From an uncultured Chloroflexia bacterium (GTDB lineage Bacteria; Chloroflexota; Ktedonobacteria; Ktedonobacterales; JADMIN01): a stretch of DNA of 32,000 nucleotides. Location: positions 870,001 through 902,000 of the forward strand of contig CAVRAI010000004.1 of NCBI GenBank assembly GCA_963718915.1, read 5' to 3'. Made by a program: the position numbers and the translations under genes. Below, piece after piece: positions 27,021-32,000 of this stretch (positions are counted from its first letter, which is position 1; the number at the start of each line of letters is the position of its first letter). The notes beneath the pieces are model-generated. The model did not search any database. It was not told the DNA's origin and was given only the letters and a program-made list of their open reading frames with translations.

Positions 27021-28638
27021 CGTCTTCCTCCTCCCGGGACATAATCAATTCAACGGTGTGATGGCGCTCATCGCTGGTAACACGCAGTTCATCCACCAGA
27101 TTGCGAATCAGGAACAGCCCCCATCCGCGCGGTGTCTGCTCCTCAGCCAGTTTCGCCTCCAGGTCGGGCGTCTGTGACTGCGTGGGCACGGGCTGGCCGC
27201 CTCCGGAATCGCGTATGCGGACGGCCACCTGGCGTGCGGAAGACAGCACTGTCACCTCCACAGGCACATCCTCCTGGTATTGATTGCCGTGCTCCATGGC
27301 GTTCATCGTCGCCTCGGCAACGGCTGTCTTGAGGCGCTCAATGCGCTTCTCTGGCAGCCCAAGCTCGCGTATCGTAGCCTCGACATGACGCATCGCATCG
27401 CGTTCGTTGCCGGGAGCGCTTGGGATGGGCCAGGTATCGAGCACGCGCCACCCTTCGTCTACCGTGTGGTTAGCGTCAGCACGATCGTTCATATGGCCAT
27501 CTCCTGTATGCTGAAGTGTGACCAGCGTTACGTCGTCTTCCTGCTCCCAGCCAATCCCGGTGAAGGCGCGCAATTCGTTGAGCAGGTATTCAATCAATGC
27601 ACCGGTATCGCCATATTGCCCGACGAGCGACATTAATCGAGGGAAGCTGAACATATCCCGCTCGGGATTGTGCGCCTCGACCAGACCGTCACTATAGAGC
27701 AGCAACGTGTCACCCGCAGCCACATGCATCTCCTTCTCTTCGTAATGCATATCTGGCATCAAGCCGAGCGGCATGCCGGTAGCGCGCAGTTCTGACGCGG
27801 CTCCGTTGTGCGAAACGTAAGGCAGGTCGTGTCCCGCGTTCGCATATTGCAGGCGCCCGGTGGCGGGATCGAGAATCGCGTAGAGGCATGTCACGAACAT
27901 CTTGGGAGGAATATCGGGGCAGAGCAGGTTGTTGGCGCGCTCTAACACTTCGCCCGGAGAGTCGCCGTGCTGTGCGGCGGTGCGCAGCATGCTACGAGTA
28001 GTCGCCATCACCAGCGCGGCGGGAACGCCTTTGTCGGTGACATCGCCAATGACCAGCCCCAGACGGCCATCGTCGAACTGAAGGAAGTCATAAAAGTCGC
28101 CGCCGACGGCGCGGGCCGGTTGATAGTATGCGCCGAATTGCCAGCCTTCGAGTTGCGGCAATTCCTGAGGCAGTAGTGTCTGCTGGATGATACGGGCGAT
28201 GCGCAATTCCTGCTCGGTACGCTCGCGGGTGCGGGCCTCGGCCTGTTGTTCGCGTACCAGTTGCGCGACCCGCACGGCTGGCGCGGCTTGCGTCGCCAGG
28301 GTATTGAGCAGCCCACGGTCATCGGGCGAGTAGTCCTGCTCGCTGAGCCGCGGGCCAAGGTTGAGCAGGCCGACCAGCTCGCCCTGACTGACGAGCGGAA
28401 TCGCCAGCGTAACACCTGCCGAGCGTAAAGCTTGCAGTGCGGGCGAATCGAGATGTAGTTTTTCCACCTCAACCGCTCCAGGCGCACTCAGAAAGTAGGC
28501 CACGATGGGGTCATCGGGCGCAATGTCTATCGGCGGCGCTACCTGCCTCAGACGCTCCGCTGGTTTGCGGCTTTCCACAGTCTCGCTCGTTTTGCGAACC
28601 GGCCAGATTCGTTTCATGCTTTGCAGCAGTGTTGCCAT
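27001..28638 (-). CDS. Fusion protein: GAF-like N-terminus + PP2C/SpoIIE-type phosphatase + RsbW/SpoIIAB-like GHKL (HATPase) kinase domain
   Basis: The GAF-like region is LAIPLVSQGELVGLLNLGPR. SpoIIE/PP2C motifs are IARIIQQTLLP, ARAVGGDFYDF, GDVTDKGVPAALVMA and LLLYSDGLVEA. The C-terminal GHKL N-box is EATMNAMEHGN, G1 is RIRDSGGG and G2 is RGWGLFLIRNL. The track ORF runs to 28755, but ATG 28638 preceded by GGGAGG is the preferred start. Confidence 0.9.
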   Translation of the reverse strand: MATLLQSMKRIWPVRKTSETVESRKPAERLRQVAPPIDIAPDDPIVAYFLSAPGAVEVEKLHLDSPALQALRSAGVTLAIPLVSQGELVGLLNLGPRLSEQDYSPDDRGLLNTLATQAAPAVRVAQLVREQQAEARTRERTEQELRIARIIQQTLLPQELPQLEGWQFGAYYQPARAVGGDFYDFLQFDDGRLGLVIGDVTDKGVPAALVMATTRSMLRTAAQHGDSPGEVLERANNLLCPDIPPKMFVTCLYAILDPATGRLQYANAGHDLPYVSHNGAASELRATGMPLGLMPDMHYEEKEMHVAAGDTLLLYSDGLVEAHNPERDMFSFPRLMSLVGQYGDTGALIEYLLNELRAFTGIGWEQEDDVTLVTLQHTGDGHMNDRADANHTVDEGWRVLDTWPIPSAPGNERDAMRHVEATIRELGLPEKRIERLKTAVAEATMNAMEHGNQYQEDVPVEVTVLSSARQVAVRIRDSGGGQPVPTQSQTPDLEAKLAEEQTPRGWGLFLIRNLVDELRVTSDERHHTVELIMSREEEDDANQSA

Positions 28639-29302
28639 TCTATCAGCCTCCCTCACGAGGTTCCCCAGCCATGCCTTACGCCCAGAGCATACGCGACCGC
28701 CGTTCCCAAACGTTACAGGAATCGTTACGGAATGTGTGTAATACGTGTCCCGCAAAGATATCGTGAAGTATCCCGCATTGTACTATGTTGTGTAACGATT
28801 GAAACACAAGACTGGACGCACGCGACTGTTCGTGGTACACTGAGTCACACACGCAAAGATGCGGCACTCTCCAGAGTTAGTTGCTGAGAGGGAGGCCAGA
28901 TATGCGACCGGTCGTCCGGGTTCGAGCAGATCACACAAGCGTCTCTCTGCGTGTGCGGGAGAATGAAACGTACAAGGCGCCAGGGGAATAGACCTCTGGC
29001 GCCTTCGCTATTGCTGGGACCAATAGTGATAAGCCATCCAACAAAAGTTCGCATTTGTGGACCACGGTCCGATTCGTAGAGCAAAACAGTATACAGATGC
29101 GTAGTGTGTGAACCACCGGGCGTCGTGGCCTGGAGGAGCCATCAGACGGCCAACAGTCAAGCGCTATGTAACCGGAATCCACCAGCAACGAGATCGGTGT
29201 GAGTTTTTTTGCCTGATTCAGTGAACCGCAGGGATGTTCCAGCACTGGTAGTCTGGTAGCGAGCCAGTGTCAGGCGAAGGCACACGAAAGAGGGTAGAGC
29301 CT

Positions 29303-29590
29303 ATGCACTCCAGTATGATTGGAAAGATTGCAAAAGCAAAGCAGTATGCTCAGGAACCCGAACGCATGCAGTTTACTGCTTTTGAGGCGACCTTCCAGGG
29401 TGAAAACGATATCCATACCGTGTCGTTCAAAGAGGGCGCGTGGCACTGCACCTGCCGCTTCTTTGCCGATTGGGGCACATGCTGCCATACTATGGCTGGC
29501 GAGCGCATTCTTGGCGTCTCGATTCCAGCCGAACATCGTCAAGGCGAGCCGCTCAGCCTTAACTACGCTGGCACCCATAAGGGCCTATAA
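29303..29590 (+). CDS. Small SWIM-type zinc-finger protein (95 aa)
   Basis: A CxCx8CxH pattern is present in AWHCTCRFFADWGTCCHTMAG. ATG 29303 has GAGGG 9 nt upstream (the track ORF starts at GTG 29267). Confidence 0.7.
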   Translation: MHSSMIGKIAKAKQYAQEPERMQFTAFEATFQGENDIHTVSFKEGAWHCTCRFFADWGTCCHTMAGERILGVSIPAEHRQGEPLSLNYAGTHKGL

Positions 29591-29621
29591 CCTCGTCAAG
29601 AGTAGCAATACAGACCAGTTC

Positions 29622-29649
29622 AAGCCGCCCCACAATTCAGGGGCGGCTT
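29622..29649. terminator. Perfect 10-bp GC-rich hairpin between convergent genes (likely bidirectional terminator)
   Basis: AAGCCGCCCC (29622-29631), an 8-nt loop, then GGGGCGGCTT (29640-29649). It lies 32 nt after the SWIM gene stop and about 120 nt after the stop of the minus-strand gene. There is no strong U-tract on either side. Confidence 0.55.
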
Positions 29650-29770
29650 CGTCATAATAAGAGGGCGCGCGGTCAGCGCGATAGTGGCGCTGAACTGGAG
29701 GATCGCCTCAGGGGCGCATGCAGGTAAAGTTGTCGCCGCGAATAAATCGTCGGTCGCTCTGCTCGAATCC

Positions 29771-30262
29771 TTAGCCCAAAACGAAGTGCAGCACGATGAT
29801 GACAGCAAACATCAACGCCGCAAGGATCCCTGTCAGACGAAGGTCATGCAGAACATAGCGATAGTGTTCGGCTGTGACCATGTTGGCCTCGCGAATCCTG
29901 CGCATTTCCTTAGCACGCGCGACACGACGTTCCTGCTCGCGCGTAGCGTATGTGCCTTGGGACGTGGCTGCGGGCTTTGCGCCAGGTTTCGCGTTTGTGG
30001 TAGCGGGCCGAGTAGCGGTCGCTGTTCGTGCGGCGCTTTTGGGAGCTGACGACGATGCGCGAGGCGTGGATGCAGTGGATGATGACGGCTTGGAGGCGGA
30101 GGAGGTGACAGCGCTGGCGCCAGATGTAACGGCGGTATCGGGCGTGTCCGCAGTAGCTTCAACGCCAGACGCTCGCACCAGCGCTACATTCTGAGACCTT
30201 GCCGCTGCCTGCGGCCGACGGGCCGCCTGTGTTTTATGCGCGGCCGTAGACTTCTTTGGCAT
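29771..30262 (-). CDS. Ala/Ser/Thr/Pro-rich protein with conserved basic helix and C-terminal TM anchor, unassigned
   Basis: The 163-aa protein starts MPKKSTAAHKTQAARRP. A low-complexity region is followed by REQERRVARAKEMRRIREANMVTAEHYRYVLHDLRLTGILAALMFAVIIVLHFVLG. I preferred it over the overlapping plus-strand ORFs because of the ordered C-terminal segment and the upstream purine-rich RBS. Confidence 0.6.
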   Translation of the reverse strand: MPKKSTAAHKTQAARRPQAAARSQNVALVRASGVEATADTPDTAVTSGASAVTSSASKPSSSTASTPRASSSAPKSAARTATATRPATTNAKPGAKPAATSQGTYATREQERRVARAKEMRRIREANMVTAEHYRYVLHDLRLTGILAALMFAVIIVLHFVLG

Positions 30263-30531
30263 TCCCTGTACCCCTCTGTATGGCTGTCATCCCTTAGTTA
30301 TTCGCCTGTGGCGCCTGCCGCGATTCCCTCGCAGTCTCGCACACACACATTCTAAGTCAGTATAACCCAGACATCCAGGCCACGCAAGCAGTACCGCCCT
30401 CATGTCATGCCTGCATTCCCAGGCATCATGGTACACTTACGACTGTGCAACTTGCACGTCTGTTCGAGACGGCGTATGGACACGGACAAGCGACGACCAG
30501 TCTGAGACAAACGCGAAAGGACGAACCGGCA

Positions 30532-31041
30532 ATGGGGCTGACACACTTCGACGAATCGGGGCGCGCGCGTATGGTTGATGTCAGCGCGAAGGCCGATACT
30601 GCGCGGGAGGCCACCGCTGCTGGGGTCGTACGCATGCGGTCGGAGACACTCGCGCAGATTCGCCAGGGATCTATCGCGAAGGGTGACGTACTGGCGGTGG
30701 CACAGGTGGCTGGGGTCATGGCAGCCAAGCAGACTCCGCAGATGATTCCAATGTGCCATACCTTGCTGCTGACTGGCGTTGATCTTACATTTGCGCTGGA
30801 AGATGGCGATGCAGGCGAGGGGCGTGTATCCATATCGGCGACGGTGCGCACGGTCGGCAAAACGGGCGCGGAGATGGAGGCTCTAGCGGCGGTGAGTGTC
30901 GCCGCACTGACGATCTACGACATGTGCAAGGCGATAGATCGCGCGATGGTGGTTGATACGGTGCGCCTGATGCACAAGAGTGGTGGCAAGAGCGGCGATT
31001 ACGTGCGTGAAGATGAAGGTGCGGGTTCAGGCCAGCCATAA
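30532..31041 (+). CDS. moaC: Cyclic pyranopterin monophosphate synthase MoaC (molybdenum cofactor biosynthesis)
   Basis: [29 protein letters not shown]...[36 protein letters not shown] is the canonical MoaC core. ATG 30532 (MGLTHFD) is preferred over the track start at 30445. Confidence 0.9.
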   Translation: MGLTHFDESGRARMVDVSAKADTAREATAAGVVRMRSETLAQIRQGSIAKGDVLAVAQVAGVMAAKQTPQMIPMCHTLLLTGVDLTFALEDGDAGEGRVSISATVRTVGKTGAEMEALAAVSVAALTIYDMCKAIDRAMVVDTVRLMHKSGGKSGDYVREDEGAGSGQP

Positions 31042-31440
31042 GCCGAATTCTGTTCCGCGGACGCCTTACGGCAGCCACGGCGACAATCATCTCTCTAGGA
31101 CGACGGTTACCCATCGCCTCAAGCAGCCAACCCGGAGGTAAACGGGCGAGCCACCCGCGAGCAACCGACCTGAGCCGATTGCTGCTCCTCCTGCACGGCC
31201 TTGCTCCAGATGGGGTTTACCTCAGCCGACCAGTCACCTGGCCGCTGGTGAGCTCTTACCTCGCCATTTCACCCTTACCTTGGCAGGAAGCAAGTTCCCG
31301 CCCGGCGGTATGTTTCTGTGGCACTTTCCCTGGGGTTGCCCCCGCTGGCCGTTAGCCAGCATCCTGCTCTGTGGAGTTCGGACTTTCCTCGGCCAGCGCA
31401 TGGATGGCCGCGATTGTCTGTCTGCCCTGAACCCGCGCAC
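31017..31440 (-). ncRNA. rnpB: RNase P RNA, bacterial type A
   Basis: The minus strand reads GUGCGCGGGUUCAGG...CCGAGGAAAGUCCGAACUCCACAGAGCAGGAUGCUGGCUAACGGCCAGCGGGGGCAACCCCAGGGAAAGUGCCACAGAAACAUACCGCC...CAAGGUAAGGGUGAAAUGGCGAGGUAAGAGCUCACC...GGUAAACCCCAUCUGGAGCAAGGCC...GGUUGGCUGCUUGAGG...ACAGAAUUCGGCUUAUGGCUGGCCUGAACCCGC. This is block-for-block collinear with E. coli M1 RNA. The 11-bp P1 pairs GCGGGUUCAGG (31436-31426) with CCUGAACCCGC (31031-21). The ends are approximate to within 5 nt. Confidence 0.9.
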
Positions 31441-31446
31441 TCCACC

Positions 31447-31455
31447 AGTATAACA
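31447..31455 (-). promoter_or_regulatory. Candidate extended -10 promoter element for rnpB
   Basis: The minus strand reads TGtTATACT, with the -10 ending at 31447. The seventh base downstream is the G at 31440 that begins the P1 helix. I found no convincing -35. Confidence 0.4.
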
Positions 31456-31611
31456 CAGTCCACATGTTTGCTCGTCCGACTGTGCCGTCGTTGCGCTCAT
31501 GCGTGCTATAATCATTGATGGCCCACGGGGATGCAGCAATTACCGCTGCCCCCCGGAGCAGCTGTTTTGCATCCAGATTACGCACGTATGTGGGCATTTT
31601 ACGGAGGATAC

Positions 31612-32000
31612 ATGCCTTACGCTGTCACATTAATTCCGGGTGACGGAACCGGACCAGAGATAACCGAAGCGACCCGTCGCGTGCTTGAGGCAACGGGCGT
31701 TGCGTTCGAATGGCACGTTCATGAGGCCGGCCTCGCTGTCCTGGAAAAGTCTGGTACTGTCTTGCCAGAAGAGGTCATCGCGTCGATTCGCGAGACAAAG
31801 GTGGGCCTGAAAGGGCCGATTACCACACCAGTCGGCAAGGGATTTCGCAGCGCCAACGTAGCCCTGCGCAAGAGTCTCGATCTCTATGCGAACCTGCGAC
31901 CAGCCAAGACCTTTGCAGGCCTACGCTCACGATACGAACATGTCGATCTCATCATCTGCCGCGAAAACACCGAGGATCTCTATGCGGGTATCGAGTTTCA
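31612..32000 (+). CDS. Isocitrate/isopropylmalate dehydrogenase family protein (NAD-IDH-like), 3' truncated by the window edge
   Basis: GGAGG at 31603-31607 is followed by ATG 31612. The translation is [40 protein letters not shown]...[35 protein letters not shown]...[15 protein letters not shown]. It is absent from the ORF track because it runs off the window. Confidence 0.85.
   Translation, partial: MPYAVTLIPGDGTGPEITEATRRVLEATGVAFEWHVHEAGLAVLEKSGTVLPEEVIASIRETKVGLKGPITTPVGKGFRSANVALRKSLDLYANLRPAKTFAGLRSRYEHVDLIICRENTEDLYAGIEF

Noticed and set aside
28639-28755. N-terminal 39-aa extension of the phosphatase/kinase ORF
   Set aside because: There is no RBS at 28755, whereas ATG 28638 is preceded by GGGAGG. 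The extension overlaps repeat-rich sequence that looks regulatory.
28905-28935. tRNA-like T-arm resemblance (CCGGGTTCGAGCAG)
   Set aside because: There are no matching acceptor, D or anticodon stems around it and no 7-nt T-loop flanked by a 5-bp stem. It is not a tRNA.
30785-31597. Track ORFs 30785-31114(-), 31234-31539(-), 31275-31463(-), 31318-31518(+), 31352-31597(-)
   Set aside because: The region is occupied by the RNase P RNA gene and its promoter. The ORFs have Arg/Pro/Gly-rich nonsense-like translations typical of GC-rich structured RNA.
1-32000. Search for mobile elements, toxin-antitoxin pairs, restriction-modification, reverse transcriptase or Cas-like genes
   Set aside because: No ORF in the track shows transposase, integrase, RT, methyltransferase or nuclease motifs that I can recognise. 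I noticed no terminal inverted repeats or long identical direct repeats.

Overview
This is a 32-kb stretch of a moderately high-GC bacterial chromosome. The gene content (tricorn-type protease, Hanks kinase, HTH/NB-ARC/WD40 STAND protein, ECF sigma pair, SpoIIE-type phosphatase, GGAGG-type RBSs) suggests a filamentous Chloroflexota (Ktedonobacteria-like) or actinobacteria-like genome, but that placement is inference only. I can support 25 protein-coding genes. Two are cut by the window edges and two adjacent paralogues each carry a single-base frameshift. There is one ncRNA, a bacterial type-A RNase P RNA on the minus strand at about 31017-31440. The ORF track cannot show it and covers it with spurious ORFs. 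A few hairpins and promoter-like sites are also listed. I saw no rRNA, tRNA, CRISPR array, transposase or integrase. Ordinary genes are a ClC channel with CBS domains, an alpha/beta hydrolase, a CCA-adding enzyme, an ECF sigma/anti-sigma pair, a GH31 glucosidase, MoaC and an IDH-family dehydrogenase. Three things deserve a second look. (i) A tightly packed minus-strand 8-gene cluster (20552-28638) encodes a fused GAF-like/PP2C/GHKL-kinase protein, two STAS proteins, two paralogous proteins I cannot assign to a family, an FAD oxidoreductase and two paralogous polytopic membrane proteins. It is a partner-switching module with no sigma factor, built of three consecutive paralogue pairs. (ii) A 1257-aa HTH/NB-ARC/pentapeptide/WD40 STAND protein sits in a somewhat AT-richer neighbourhood with a Nudix-like gene, a structured 600-bp spacer, a small membrane peptide and an unassigned helical-repeat protein. 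(iii) The 3' end of rnpB overlaps the 3' end of moaC in antisense.
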